This document shows positions 28,942-39,265 of a stretch of DNA of 64,000 bases, piece by piece; position 1 is the first letter of the stretch, and each line of letters starts with the position of its first letter. The translations under genes and the position numbers were made by a program. The stretch covers positions 1 to 64,000 of IMG/VR virus record IMGVR_UViG_3300027749_000070. One strand, given 5' to 3'. Source of the stretch: a virus. A model generated the notes under the pieces. That model did no database searches. It had not been told where the DNA came from and saw only the letters and a program-made list of their open reading frames with translations.

Positions 28942-29223
28942 TTAAAAATCATAATCAACATCTTCCTCATCATATTCTTCCTCACCATAATCGTCATAAT
29001 CCATATCTTCATCATCATCGTCATCATATTCTTCATCTTCAACTACTTCCTCTGCGGTTTCATGTAAGATTAGATGATCGACTTCTAAATCTAGATTAGA
29101 TAATTTTGCTTCATCATTTAATTTAGTTAAATATTCGGAAGCACCAAGAATACCTATTCTTCTTAGTTTATAATTTTCAATAATTTCGGCTAATTTTATA
29201 TAAAAATCTATATGGTCTAACAT
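28942..29223 (-). CDS. Hypothetical protein with acidic tail
   Basis: D/E/Y-rich C-terminus. Confidence 0.55.
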   Translation of the reverse strand: MLDHIDFYIKLAEIIENYKLRRIGILGASEYLTKLNDEAKLSNLDLEVDHLILHETAEEVVEDEEYDDDDDEDMDYDDYGEEEYDEEDVDYDF

Positions 29224-29474
29224 CTAAATAAAACTTGTTTTGGTTCTTCAAACGAAACAAATCCAGATGGAAAACCAGATGGAATTTTTGTTTCTAATTC
29301 TTGTATTTTTTCTTTGATATGTTCAATTGGAACTGTAGTTGGTTCTTCTGCTACATGTTCGAATAGGCTATTCAAAGTTTCTTTAATAATTATTACTTGC
29401 TTTTCAGTCGGCATACCATCACATGCATCAAGAAATCCTTTCAGCCAAATAGCATATCTTTGTGTTTTTGTCAT
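29217..29474 (-). CDS. Small phage protein (WLxGF family), paralog 2
   Basis: WLKGFL...TEKQVIIIKETL; ends in Cys. Confidence 0.6.
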   Translation of the reverse strand: MTKTQRYAIWLKGFLDACDGMPTEKQVIIIKETLNSLFEHVAEEPTTVPIEHIKEKIQELETKIPSGFPSGFVSFEEPKQVLFRC

Positions 29475-29476
29475 AT

Positions 29477-29716
29477 TTAACATTTTACTTTTGGATTATT
29501 TCCATTTTTTGGAGGTCGTGGATTTACTCTACCATCATGTATATCTTGCATAGTATTTAAAACTTCTACATCTTCGGAATAAGAAGGATCTATTTCATAC
29601 ATAAATACCAGTTTAAGATGGTTCTTAATAATTTGTGTCTGCTTTTCAGTTAAAGTATTTGTCTCCGATAATTCGAAGAAACCCTGCAGCCAATAAATAA
29701 ACGATTTGCTTTCCAT
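29477..29716 (-). CDS. Small phage protein (WLxGF family), paralog 1
   Basis: FIYWLQGFFE...TEKQTQIIKNHL; ends in Cys. Confidence 0.6.
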   Translation of the reverse strand: MESKSFIYWLQGFFELSETNTLTEKQTQIIKNHLKLVFMYEIDPSYSEDVEVLNTMQDIHDGRVNPRPPKNGNNPKVKC

Positions 29717-29750
29717 TTTTATTTTTATTTTTTGTTAAAAATTATTTTTA

Positions 29751-29781
29751 CAAATATACAAAAAAATTTTAAAAAAACAAA
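29751..29781 (-). promoter_or_regulatory. Bacteroidota housekeeping-type early promoter
   Basis: TTTG-N19-TATATTTG; same geometry at 53596-53626 (-) and 63548-63578 (+); -7 box alone at 57155. Confidence 0.7.
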
Positions 29782-29825
29782 CTTTTTAGATAAAAAACTT
29801 TAAATGATTTTTGACTAATAGTTAA

Positions 29826-30992
29826 ATGGATACAGCATATATCAAAACTTTAGCTCAAACAATTTTAAGCAAAGCTTTTACCGACCCAAATAGAAGAAAT
29901 ATAGTCACCTATGATAATAGAATTAATTTCTGTTGTCCAGTATGCGGTGACTCAGCTAGGTCAGCTGCTAAAAAAAGAGGTAATATATTTTTTGATAAAC
30001 TATTTTTCAAATGCTTCAACTGCGGTCATCAATCCTCACTAAATAAGTTATGCAAACATTTTGAAATACAAATAGATCCTACTAAAAGATTAGAAATGAT
30101 CGAGTATCTGAGCACCATAGTTTCTAACTCTGATTATAAAACAGATATGTCAGATGTTAATTTTGATGAATTACTTAATCTATCCGATTTAACAAGGATA
30201 TTTAGTAGTGGCGAAACTATTTTAACTGACTTTAAACCAATTACTAAAAATAGTTTAGTATATAATTATCTTACAGAGCGAGGTATAACCGAAACTATGC
30301 ATCAAAATATTTATGAAGCTAAACATTGGTTAAATGAGGAAAGATATGAACCAGTTATGGTTCTACTAAATAGACATGGTGATAAAGTGTTGGGTATTCA
30401 AACAAGAAACTTAAAATCTGGAAAATATAGAAGTTTTAAGATTTATAATTTTGAAACTCTTTATAAATGGGTTCACAATATTTCTAATGACGAAATCGAT
30501 GATGTAGATTTAAACCAATTATTAATTTATAATAAATTAAGCTATTTCTTTAATATACTAAATATAGATTTTGATTCTACGATTAGTATATTTGAAGGAT
30601 ATTTAGATTCCTTATTTTATCCAAATTCTGTTGGTGTTGTTGGTGTTAATACTAATATGAGTATATTAGAATCAAACAATCTAGATATACAATATTTCTA
30701 CGATAATGATGAAGCTGGATTTCTAAAATCAGAGCAAAAAATTAAAGCTGGATATAAAATATTCTTATGGAAAAAATTATTTGAAGATATTGTTGAAAAG
30801 AAAAATTCTTCAGATCCTTATTCTTTAATGCATAGAATATCACAGGTTAAAGATTTAAATAAATTAGCACAATTAGTTCCAAATCCTTATAAAAAATTAG
30901 ATTTAGATAAATATTTTAGTAAAGATATTTATGATTTAAAATGGATTCCCAAAAAAATAAAACAACCATATAAAAAGTTCACTAAGAATTAA
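29826..30992 (+). CDS. DNA primase (T4 gp61-like)
   Basis: CPVCGDS...KRG...CFNCG Zn finger; TOPRIM FEGYLD and YDND. Confidence 0.9.
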   Translation: MDTAYIKTLAQTILSKAFTDPNRRNIVTYDNRINFCCPVCGDSARSAAKKRGNIFFDKLFFKCFNCGHQSSLNKLCKHFEIQIDPTKRLEMIEYLSTIVSNSDYKTDMSDVNFDELLNLSDLTRIFSSGETILTDFKPITKNSLVYNYLTERGITETMHQNIYEAKHWLNEERYEPVMVLLNRHGDKVLGIQTRNLKSGKYRSFKIYNFETLYKWVHNISNDEIDDVDLNQLLIYNKLSYFFNILNIDFDSTISIFEGYLDSLFYPNSVGVVGVNTNMSILESNNLDIQYFYDNDEAGFLKSEQKIKAGYKIFLWKKLFEDIVEKKNSSDPYSLMHRISQVKDLNKLAQLVPNPYKKLDLDKYFSKDIYDLKWIPKKIKQPYKKFTKN

Positions 30993-31002
30993 TATATAGT
31001 TA

Positions 31003-31551
31003 ATGAAGTTTTTAAAAAAATATAAATCAATTGGTAAATTAAATGAAGATTCATCAAATGAGGAAACCATTTATTATCAAGGTAGCATAGAAGGAATTAT
31101 ACAAAAAGCAAAAGGTGATGAAAACATCACAAATGCGATGAAAAAACTATCTGAATTATGTAATGGCTTATCGCTTGGTGATAGTATTGGATTTCATGTT
31201 GAAATAATAGATAATTATACTACAATAAGAGGACATATTGGTGATAATGATGACAATTCATATTCATTTGGGTTTAAATGTATAAATGGTAATTGCGAAT
31301 TAGACTATTTCACAAGCTCTGATAATTGGTGGAAATATTTATCAGGGTTTGTAATGTGGTCTTCATTACAAACTTGGAATCAAGAAGAACAAGAAATGGT
31401 TAGAAGTATTTACAAAGATGCTAGATCCAAAAAATCTTATACAAGAGAAATGGCTCTTATAAAAAGAGAAATACCTTTTTTATGGAATTTATTGAAAAAA
31501 GTGGAAAATCCAGAAAAATTAGAAGCTGCTGCTGATATAGGTGAAGATTAA
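31003..31551 (+). CDS. Hypothetical protein with MKFLKKY...LNE leader
   Basis: Late promoter at 30990. Confidence 0.6.
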   Translation: MKFLKKYKSIGKLNEDSSNEETIYYQGSIEGIIQKAKGDENITNAMKKLSELCNGLSLGDSIGFHVEIIDNYTTIRGHIGDNDDNSYSFGFKCINGNCELDYFTSSDNWWKYLSGFVMWSSLQTWNQEEQEMVRSIYKDARSKKSYTREMALIKREIPFLWNLLKKVENPEKLEAAADIGED

Positions 31552-31552
31552 T

Positions 31553-32041
31553 TTATATAAAGGTATATTTACTTTTTTTATATTTTAAATTTTTCATTTT
31601 CAAAAATCTTTTAAATGGCATTGTTCCTCTTTCTGAGTTGCAAGGTTGACAGCATACCATTAAATTAACCTTGCAGTTATTACCACCAGAAGCTATTGGT
31701 ATTATATGATCTGTTGTTGCATTTTCTTCGGTTAATTTAGTTTCACAATAAATACATTTAGCATTTCTATTAGCCGCTACAAATTCTTTAGCAAATCCAA
31801 TAGTTCTGCGTTTAACGTTTTTTCCGTTCCATTTAAGTCCAATTACAATAAAGTTTCTATGATTCTTAAACTTTTTTCTAGCAATTTCGCAACGAACATA
31901 ATTCTTATTAAAGTGAACTAATAATTGAATTATATATCTCCATTTTTTATAGAATACAAAGTCTACCTTTAAAAAGTGTTCTGTTTTTGCTCTATAAATT
32001 CTTTTTAACCTGTTAAGATCTTCTAATATCTTTTTAAACAT
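31553..32041 (-). CDS. HNH endonuclease
   Basis: CIYC...TDHIIP...GG.N...NL..CC..CNSERG. Confidence 0.88.
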   Translation of the reverse strand: MFKKILEDLNRLKRIYRAKTEHFLKVDFVFYKKWRYIIQLLVHFNKNYVRCEIARKKFKNHRNFIVIGLKWNGKNVKRRTIGFAKEFVAANRNAKCIYCETKLTEENATTDHIIPIASGGNNCKVNLMVCCQPCNSERGTMPFKRFLKMKNLKYKKSKYTFI

Positions 32042-32121
32042 TTAAATATAAAAATAACCTTTAATTTCAAAAGTATTATTTTTTATTATAATATATATTA
32101 CATAAAAAAATATAGTTTATC

Positions 32122-32418
32122 ATGAAAAAATTTTTTATGGATTTATTAAGTGCCAATAGCCCACTAAGCTCAAAAAGATTTGCTGGTTTAATCACTTTAT
32201 TCTCTTGTATTATTTTAGCATTTTTTGGTGCTGCTGAAAATAAATGGGTCACACCTGAATTTATGTATAATGGTTTATTACTTGTTGTAGCTGGTTTATT
32301 TGGCTTCAATATGGCTGAAAGTATCTTTAAAAAATCTGATTCTAAAGTTGCCGATGCAGCAAAAGATATTCCAAAAGAAGAGCAACTAGAAAAAGAAGCA
32401 GATGATAAAGTTGAATAA
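32122..32418 (+). CDS. Two-TM membrane protein, holin-like
   Basis: SSKRF followed by two hydrophobic helices and a charged tail; late promoter. Confidence 0.5.
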   Translation: MKKFFMDLLSANSPLSSKRFAGLITLFSCIILAFFGAAENKWVTPEFMYNGLLLVVAGLFGFNMAESIFKKSDSKVADAAKDIPKEEQLEKEADDKVE

Positions 32419-32447
32419 AAAAAACCACTCAAATTGAGTGGGTTTTT
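32419..32447. terminator. Bidirectional terminator
   Basis: aaaaaaccactcaa-a-ttgagtgggttttt between convergent genes. Confidence 0.7.
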
Positions 32448-33211
32448 AATTCAAATAAATCTCTATCTTTTAAAAATGGTAATTCATTTCTTACCTGTTG
32501 TAGCCATTGTGCATCTAACTCAAAATCTTTTATCTCCGATTTATCAGACATACAAGATACATTACCAAGTGGGTCTATTACCTGACTATTACCTGAATAA
32601 ATATGTCCATTGCCATCTATTCCAGCTCTATTTACACCAATTACATAGCATTGATTTTCAATTGCTCTGGCTTGTAAAAGAGTATTCCAAGCCAAACTTC
32701 TTTTAGCCGGCCAACTAGCTACATATACAATTACATCATAATCATCTTGATTACGAGCAAATACAGGAAATCTTAAATCAAAACAAATTTGCAAAAGTAT
32801 TCTCCAGCCATTTATATTTACTATTTTCCTTTCTGTTCCTTGTGTATAAAACTTATCTTCACCAGCATAAGTAAATAAATGTTTTTTATCATAATACTCA
32901 ATAGATTGGTCTTTAACACATAATAATCTATTAAATGGCTTTATTTCACCTTTATCATAAATTATGATACTACCCATTATGTAGGCATTCTTTTCAATAG
33001 ACATTATTTGCATCCATTCGGTAGTATAACCATCTTTTGGTTCGGCTAAACTGGTTTCCATAGTAAACCCAGTAGTAAACATTTCCGGCAAAATAATAAC
33101 ATCCGTATTGGATGTTATATTATTTATAGTTTCCTCATATTTAAGAAGATTACTTATTTTATTTTCCCAGATTATATCAGGCTGGATTATCGTTATTTTT
33201 AGATTTTGCAT
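32429..33211 (-). CDS. Nitrilase-family omega-amidase (YafV/Nit2-like)
   Basis: Catalytic triad motifs LPEMF, YDKKHLF, ICFDLRFP; RAIENQ. Confidence 0.92.
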   Translation of the reverse strand: MQNLKITIIQPDIIWENKISNLLKYEETINNITSNTDVIILPEMFTTGFTMETSLAEPKDGYTTEWMQIMSIEKNAYIMGSIIIYDKGEIKPFNRLLCVKDQSIEYYDKKHLFTYAGEDKFYTQGTERKIVNINGWRILLQICFDLRFPVFARNQDDYDVIVYVASWPAKRSLAWNTLLQARAIENQCYVIGVNRAGIDGNGHIYSGNSQVIDPLGNVSCMSDKSEIKDFELDAQWLQQVRNELPFLKDRDLFELKTHSI

Positions 33212-34280
33212 CCTTTTTTAATTTTTTAGTAAACTTCTTTTTTACAGGTTTTGTTAATAGATTAGCTACTTTTACTTTTTGTAAAGCAGTATAATTTGGT
33301 TGGCTAAAATCGTTAGTAGAAAATTGTAGTGTATTTGCCATACTATTTGGTCCCATAAATTTTAATATAGAACTATCTTTATTAGAAATAGATGGACCCA
33401 TATCAATGGCTTCTGCTATGTTAATTTCTGTTTTTATATTACCTTTATTAGAAGTATCATAAACATTAAATTTCATCTTATCATATATAGCGGATTTAAA
33501 TTCAAAGAATTTTTTAACATGCTCTACATTTTTCTTATCATCATCAGAAAATCCAATTGAAACTTTTGCGTTTATTTTAGAACCATATTCATTACATATT
33601 TCTATAAATTTCCCAAGTACCATTTTTTTAGCCTCTTCAATTCTTATTGAACCACTAATTTTAAAATCTTTTTTGAAAGATTCTGATAAAGGAACACCAA
33701 CACCATAATATTTACAACATTCTAAATATGTTTTAATTAAATCATTTTCAGTAAATTTACAATTATATTTTCTAGTATAAGATCTTTTTTCAAAAACTTT
33801 TGCAAATTTCAAACAATTTTCATACATTAAATCCTGTTGCTCAACAGTCAAACAATTATCTATAACATATTTTGCACCTTCTTTTATGGTATTATACTCA
33901 TGCCCCCTTGCAGTAATAATTGCAAATAAAGCACCTTCTGTTAGACACTTTATAAATTTATTCCAAGAAGGACCAAATGCCCCTTCTTCAATTGCTAATC
34001 TAACATCATTGACAAATGATTTATTACCACGTGGACCAAAATCTCTAAATTCTTCATAAGCCTTAGCTGCGTCATTGTCACGAATTCTATAATTAGAATC
34101 ATCTCTTATTAAAGCAAATTCGGATGGTGATATAGAGACTTGTTCCCAAGTACCATTAACTAATTTATCCATATAAATTATGGTTGGCATGTGTAGAATA
34201 TTGTCATCCCAGTCAAAACCATAGTAAAAAAGTCTATTTACCTTATTATTTTCCATAAATGAATTATAATTATTCAGCAT
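33177..34280 (-). CDS. HAD-superfamily phosphatase-like phage protein
   Basis: FDWDDNI, ITARGH, GFSDDD.KN. Confidence 0.7.
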   Translation of the reverse strand: MLNNYNSFMENNKVNRLFYYGFDWDDNILHMPTIIYMDKLVNGTWEQVSISPSEFALIRDDSNYRIRDNDAAKAYEEFRDFGPRGNKSFVNDVRLAIEEGAFGPSWNKFIKCLTEGALFAIITARGHEYNTIKEGAKYVIDNCLTVEQQDLMYENCLKFAKVFEKRSYTRKYNCKFTENDLIKTYLECCKYYGVGVPLSESFKKDFKISGSIRIEEAKKMVLGKFIEICNEYGSKINAKVSIGFSDDDKKNVEHVKKFFEFKSAIYDKMKFNVYDTSNKGNIKTEINIAEAIDMGPSISNKDSSILKFMGPNSMANTLQFSTNDFSQPNYTALQKVKVANLLTKPVKKKFTKKLKKDAKSKNNDNPA

Positions 34281-34385
34281 ATATTATATATTATATCACA
34301 AAATTACAAAAAAATCTTTTAATTATCAAATATTATGCGATATTTCTTTTTAGATAGGGACATATCAATTATTTATATATAATTT

Positions 34386-35264
34386 ATGATAATAAGTAAA
34401 AAAGTATTGGTAAAAATATCTTCTAGTAATTTTAAATGGTATAAAAATAAAGGATATGAAGTTTGCAATGGTAAAATTATAGAAATTGATATAGAAGATA
34501 TTACAAAATCATCTAGTGTTATATTGGATGTGAAATGTGATGAATGTGGAAATATAAATACTTTAATGCACAATAGATACATTAATAATATAATGAAAAA
34601 TGAAAAATATTTTTGCAAAAATTGTGGCACTAAAAATGCAAGCAAAACTAATATTATAAAATACGGTTCAAAATCACCACTTACAAATATAAAAATTATT
34701 AAAAAAACAAAAGAAACTATGCTCAATAAATTTGGCGTAGATAATATTTCCAAAGCTGATTATATCAAAAAGGAAAGATCTGAATTAATGAAAATTAATT
34801 CAGATGATTATAATAAAATTATACATAGTAAATATGGTTCAAATGTATCTAAATTAGACTGGATTAAAGAAAAGAAAAAAGAAACTTGTTTAAAAAATTG
34901 GGGTGTAGAGAATCCATCTCAAAACCCTTTTCTTTTTGAAAAGGCACAAAAAGCTGGTAAAAAAATTAAATTACATGAAATCGGCTTATATTATCGTGGA
35001 ACTTATGAAAAACATTTTTTGGATTATTGCCAATTAAATAATATAATAGTTGAAAAAGGTCCGTCAATAAGTTTTATATTCAATGGTAAGAAAAAATATT
35101 ATCATTCTGATTTTTATATAAAGGATAGAAATATAATAATAGAGGTTAAATCCTCATATTATTATGAAAAATATAAAGACTTAAATATAGAAAAAGAAAA
35201 AGCAGCCATTAATAATGGATATAATTTCTTGTTTCTAATTGATAAAAATTATAAACAAATTTAA
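34386..35264 (+). CDS. Free-standing homing endonuclease (KYG repeats plus TnsA-like PD-(D/E)XK domain)
   Basis: N-terminus like 19588..20685; YRGTYE...YHSDFY......IEVKS. Confidence 0.7.
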   Translation: MIISKKVLVKISSSNFKWYKNKGYEVCNGKIIEIDIEDITKSSSVILDVKCDECGNINTLMHNRYINNIMKNEKYFCKNCGTKNASKTNIIKYGSKSPLTNIKIIKKTKETMLNKFGVDNISKADYIKKERSELMKINSDDYNKIIHSKYGSNVSKLDWIKEKKKETCLKNWGVENPSQNPFLFEKAQKAGKKIKLHEIGLYYRGTYEKHFLDYCQLNNIIVEKGPSISFIFNGKKKYYHSDFYIKDRNIIIEVKSSYYYEKYKDLNIEKEKAAINNGYNFLFLIDKNYKQI

Positions 35265-35605
35265 ATTGTGGTAAATATAATCTCAAATTTAAATCCTTTA
35301 TTTTCTAATGATTTAATATAAAAATTAATATATTGTGGATCACCCTCCATTTTTAAAATATAATAGCTATCAGGAGAAGATATAGTTATTGGCATTTTAC
35401 TATTTTTAGAACCAATTTTATATACATTATATTTTTCATCATCAAAATCCTTCTTTATAAAGGAAACGGCTCTATTATAAAGTTCATTAGTATCAAATTC
35501 TAATTCCGCAATAGAATTAGGTAACCCAATTCTATCTTTTGAGTCATCAATTATATTTCCATCAAAATCTACATTAAATGCTTCAAATAATTTTAAATAT
35601 TTCAT
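35261..35605 (-). CDS. Hypothetical protein with MKYLKLFEAFN leader
   Basis: Start reassigned to ATG 35605. Confidence 0.6.
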   Translation of the reverse strand: MKYLKLFEAFNVDFDGNIIDDSKDRIGLPNSIAELEFDTNELYNRAVSFIKKDFDDEKYNVYKIGSKNSKMPITISSPDSYYILKMEGDPQYINFYIKSLENKGFKFEIIFTTI

Positions 35606-35619
35606 TTTGTTAATTTTTT

Positions 35620-35668
35620 CAAAAGCAAAATCCCGGAAGCTTGACTGAATCAATTACATCCGGGACTT
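35620..35668 (-). terminator. Hairpin / probable terminator
   Basis: tcccgga...tccggga stem with inner ttga/tcaa pairing, followed by U-rich ttttgctttt on the minus strand. Confidence 0.5.
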
Positions 35669-35681
35669 TAAATTTTTAAAA

Positions 35682-35999
35682 TTATTTCTTTTTTCTTAAA
35701 AAAGATGCAAAAGATTCTAATTTTGCTTCACCAATTGGCGCTTGTGCTTGTGCTTGTGCTGGAGCTCCGAAATCTTCTTCTTCTTCTTCTTCTCCACCTT
35801 CGATATCCATATCTTCTTCACCTTCTTCTGGTAATTCTTCCATACCTTCCTCGTTTCCCATGTCTTCGTGGTCTTCACCACCTTCTAGTTCAAATTCTTC
35901 AACTACTTCATCATCTTGCATAGCGGAAACCTTGATTGTATTTTCTTCAGTTTCTTCTATTGTGATCATATAGCCATGTACTTCAAATGTTAATTTCAT
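35682..35999 (-). CDS. Very acidic small protein, possible prohead core/scaffold component
   Basis: E-rich; ends EAKLESFASFLRKKK; late promoter at 36016. Confidence 0.45.
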   Translation of the reverse strand: MKLTFEVHGYMITIEETEENTIKVSAMQDDEVVEEFELEGGEDHEDMGNEEGMEELPEEGEEDMDIEGGEEEEEEDFGAPAQAQAQAPIGEAKLESFASFLRKKK

Positions 36000-36075
36000 A
36001 TTACTATTTTTCTTTTATATATTAAAATTATATATTGCTTTTTAAATCTTTTAATAAATCTATCATATAATTACT

Positions 36076-36735
36076 ATGAAAAAATTAGCATCGGATTACC
36101 GAAATTATCTCAATTCTAGAATACCCGAAAGTATTGTTAAGAAAACAATTCAAAATAATTCTAACTTTATCATTGATAATGAAAAAGGATTTATGTTGGA
36201 TATTTATACAAAACTATTAAATGATAGAATCGTGTTCCTTAATGACGAAATTGATACATATACCTCTGAATTAGTTAAAAGTCAATTACTTTACTTAGAA
36301 CAATTAGACAATAAAAAAGATATTAAAATGTATATTAATTCACCAGGTGGCTCAGTATATGACGGCTTAGGTATACTAGATACAATGGACTATATTAGAC
36401 CAGATATTATTACCATAAATACTGGCTTAGCAGCTTCAATGGCAGCTGTTATACTTTGTTATGGTACAGAAGGCAAAAGAAAATCATTAAAGCGTTCTAG
36501 AACAATGATACATCAACCAATTGGTTATACTGGTTATGCACAAGCTTCGGATATAGAAATTGATGCAAAAGAAATTAATTCTCTTAAAAAAGAATTATAT
36601 GAAATTATATCAGAAAGAACTGGACAGCAGTATGATAAAGTAGAAAGAGATTCTGATAGAGATTATTGGATGACATCCACTGAGGCAAAAAAATATGGTA
36701 TAATTGACGAAGTGATAAAAACAAGAAAAAAGTAA
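36076..36735 (+). CDS. clpP: ATP-dependent Clp protease proteolytic subunit
   Basis: YINSPGGSV, GLAASMAA, MIHQP, RDYWM...EAKKYGIID. Confidence 0.95.
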   Translation: MKKLASDYRNYLNSRIPESIVKKTIQNNSNFIIDNEKGFMLDIYTKLLNDRIVFLNDEIDTYTSELVKSQLLYLEQLDNKKDIKMYINSPGGSVYDGLGILDTMDYIRPDIITINTGLAASMAAVILCYGTEGKRKSLKRSRTMIHQPIGYTGYAQASDIEIDAKEINSLKKELYEIISERTGQQYDKVERDSDRDYWMTSTEAKKYGIIDEVIKTRKK

Positions 36736-36757
36736 TATATAACAAAATAAAAAAATT

Positions 36758-37582
36758 ATGAAAGAAACTAAAAAGAAATATTTAAACTCTGAGTTTTTAA
36801 GCACTGCTGTTTGTTATTGTATACCTGAAACAAAAGCTACTATTAATTATTTAGAGCAAATTGAAACTGGAGAAAATGATGGTTATAAAGAATTTTCAAT
36901 TCAAGTTAAACAAACAGATATTTATTGTGAAAAAATAACTGTACCAAAAACAATAAATAATATCCTTATTAATACTTTAATTAAAAAGTTATATAATAAA
37001 TATATGGATTTAGCGAGTAATAATGATAAAAGTATAAAGTCAAAGCTACCAAATCATAAAAATAATTTTCTAACTAATTGGATTAAAAAAGATTATAACT
37101 TCTTAATTGAAGATAATGATGAGGATTCAAGAAGATTAATTACTAGAATAATACATACTAGCAATAATATGGCGGTTAATAGTAGAATTGGTCCTTCTAA
37201 TTTTATTGTAATTAGTCCAAAATTAATACCTATTTTACAAAATTCAACTAGTTTTATTTATTCATTTAATAATATTAAAGAATATGAAAGTATAACAACA
37301 ATTGGAAACTTAATGGATTTATGTGTGTTTGTAAATTACGATTCTTGTTCCGATGAAATCTTAATAGGACGACATTCAAGTCAAAATAATTTTGGTGGGG
37401 TTGCTCTATTAGAAAATTCTATTAATATAGAAGATAAATTTATTACTTGGATTGGAGCTATTGATTTTATGTCACCTACATCAAAGTATATGTTTGACAC
37501 TATCAAAGTTAAAATTGTAGAAGAATTACCATGGTATAAACAATTTGTTTATAAAATTCTTAAAAAGAGAAAGTTAATTTAA
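36758..37582 (+). CDS. Degenerate gp23-like capsid paralog (C-terminal half)
   Basis: RLITRIIHTSNNMAVNSRIGPSNFIVISPKL ~ gp23 LLFQIDKEAVEIARQTGRGEGNFIIASRNV. Confidence 0.6.
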   Translation: MKETKKKYLNSEFLSTAVCYCIPETKATINYLEQIETGENDGYKEFSIQVKQTDIYCEKITVPKTINNILINTLIKKLYNKYMDLASNNDKSIKSKLPNHKNNFLTNWIKKDYNFLIEDNDEDSRRLITRIIHTSNNMAVNSRIGPSNFIVISPKLIPILQNSTSFIYSFNNIKEYESITTIGNLMDLCVFVNYDSCSDEILIGRHSSQNNFGGVALLENSINIEDKFITWIGAIDFMSPTSKYMFDTIKVKIVEELPWYKQFVYKILKKRKLI

Positions 37583-37650
37583 TTACACTTACTATTACTA
37601 AATTCCATAACTATTATATAAACCATTAAAGTTTTTTTAATATAATAGTT

Positions 37651-39225
37651 ATGGAATTTACATATGATCCAAAAACAGAGAAATTAATAGTAGCACAAGC
37701 AACAAGAACCGAATATCATCAATTAGATATTTGGCTTACAAGAAATCCCAAGGGATATCGTTTCACACCTGCATTTAAAGCGGGGTATTGGGATGGTAAA
37801 GATTCAGTTTTTAATGGCGGTAAAATAAATCAAGGGCTATGGAAAGAATGTCTTAAAGCATGTCAAATAATAAATGCAAAATTCACTATTACAAATAAGG
37901 AAGAATTTCCAATTAATAGAAATGTAACATTTGAAAAAGTACAAGAATTTTGTAAAGATTTTTTTAAAAACCATAAAGTTAAAAAAGACGGCGAATGGAT
38001 CCCATTTATGCCTTATGATCACCAAATAGAAACCGCATTTAAAATATTAAAGAACCGCTATTGTTTAGCAGAAGTTGCTACGTCAGGTGGTAAATCTTTA
38101 ATTATTAGTATTGTATATTTTTATACTTTAACACATCTTAATCCGGATGCTAAAATGCTTTTAATAGTTCCGTCAATATCATTAGTTACGCAGTTCTTTG
38201 ATGATATTATAGATTACAATATTGGTCAAAATAAAGATTTAGATGGAGGTAATCCTAATAAATTAACCTTAAATATCGAAGAAATTATGTCTGATAGACC
38301 TAGGAAGCATTCTAATGCCGAAAATCCAAATATTTGTATAGGAACTTATCAATCTTTAATTAATTATCCTAATGATTTTTTCGAACAATTTCATACTGTA
38401 GCATGTGATGAAGCACATACCTGTAAAGCAAAATCGTTAAAAACTATTCTAAATAAAACATTTGGACACGCCTATAATAGATATGGCGTATCAGGTACAT
38501 TTCCAACAGAAGAAACTATGGAAATATTAACCATACAATCTGTTCTTGGTCCAATTATATCTAATGTAGAAGCAAAAACATTAATTGAAAAAGGTATAAT
38601 TACACAAATGGATATTAAAGTGCTTATGTTAAATCATAATGATAAAGAATTTAATGATAAAGTTGCCTATATTAAAAGAGCGGGTGGTGGTAAAGAAGCT
38701 TATCTAATTGAGAAAGAATATATTCATCAATCTGATAAAAGATTAGAGTTTATGAAAAAAATAGTTGAAAAATGTAATAATAATACATTAATCTTATTTC
38801 ATACAATAGAATATGGACAAAGAATATTAGAAAAAATGTCATCTGAAATAAAAGATAAAGAATTTTATTATATTGATGGTGAAGTTAATGGCAAAAAACG
38901 TGAGGAAATAAAGAAAAATATGGAATTAAATGATGGTAAAGTAAAGATACTCGTTGCTTCTTTTGGGACTTTAAGTACAGGCGTTAGCATTAAAAATCTA
39001 CACAATATTATATTTGCAGATTCTTTCAAATCTGAACAAATGATTATACAAAGTGTGGGTCGAGCATTGAGATTATTTGATGGAAAAAAAACAGCAAATA
39101 TTTTTGATTTAGTTGATATTTTTGAAAAAGATCCTAATAATATTTTTTACAAGCAATTCTTAGAACGTGAATCCTTCTATGTTAAGAGATCTTATCCTTA
39201 TAAAATACTTAAAATAAACTTATAA
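37651..39225 (+). CDS. uvsW: UvsW-like SF2 DNA helicase
   Basis: WDGK, PYDHQ, ATSGGKS, DEAH, SGT, STGVSIKNLH, QSVGRALR. Confidence 0.92.
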   Translation: MEFTYDPKTEKLIVAQATRTEYHQLDIWLTRNPKGYRFTPAFKAGYWDGKDSVFNGGKINQGLWKECLKACQIINAKFTITNKEEFPINRNVTFEKVQEFCKDFFKNHKVKKDGEWIPFMPYDHQIETAFKILKNRYCLAEVATSGGKSLIISIVYFYTLTHLNPDAKMLLIVPSISLVTQFFDDIIDYNIGQNKDLDGGNPNKLTLNIEEIMSDRPRKHSNAENPNICIGTYQSLINYPNDFFEQFHTVACDEAHTCKAKSLKTILNKTFGHAYNRYGVSGTFPTEETMEILTIQSVLGPIISNVEAKTLIEKGIITQMDIKVLMLNHNDKEFNDKVAYIKRAGGGKEAYLIEKEYIHQSDKRLEFMKKIVEKCNNNTLILFHTIEYGQRILEKMSSEIKDKEFYYIDGEVNGKKREEIKKNMELNDGKVKILVASFGTLSTGVSIKNLHNIIFADSFKSEQMIIQSVGRALRLFDGKKTANIFDLVDIFEKDPNNIFYKQFLERESFYVKRSYPYKILKINL

Positions 39226-39265
39226 GTGTTCCAAACAAAGCAAGTAGTTTTCGAATATATAATAT

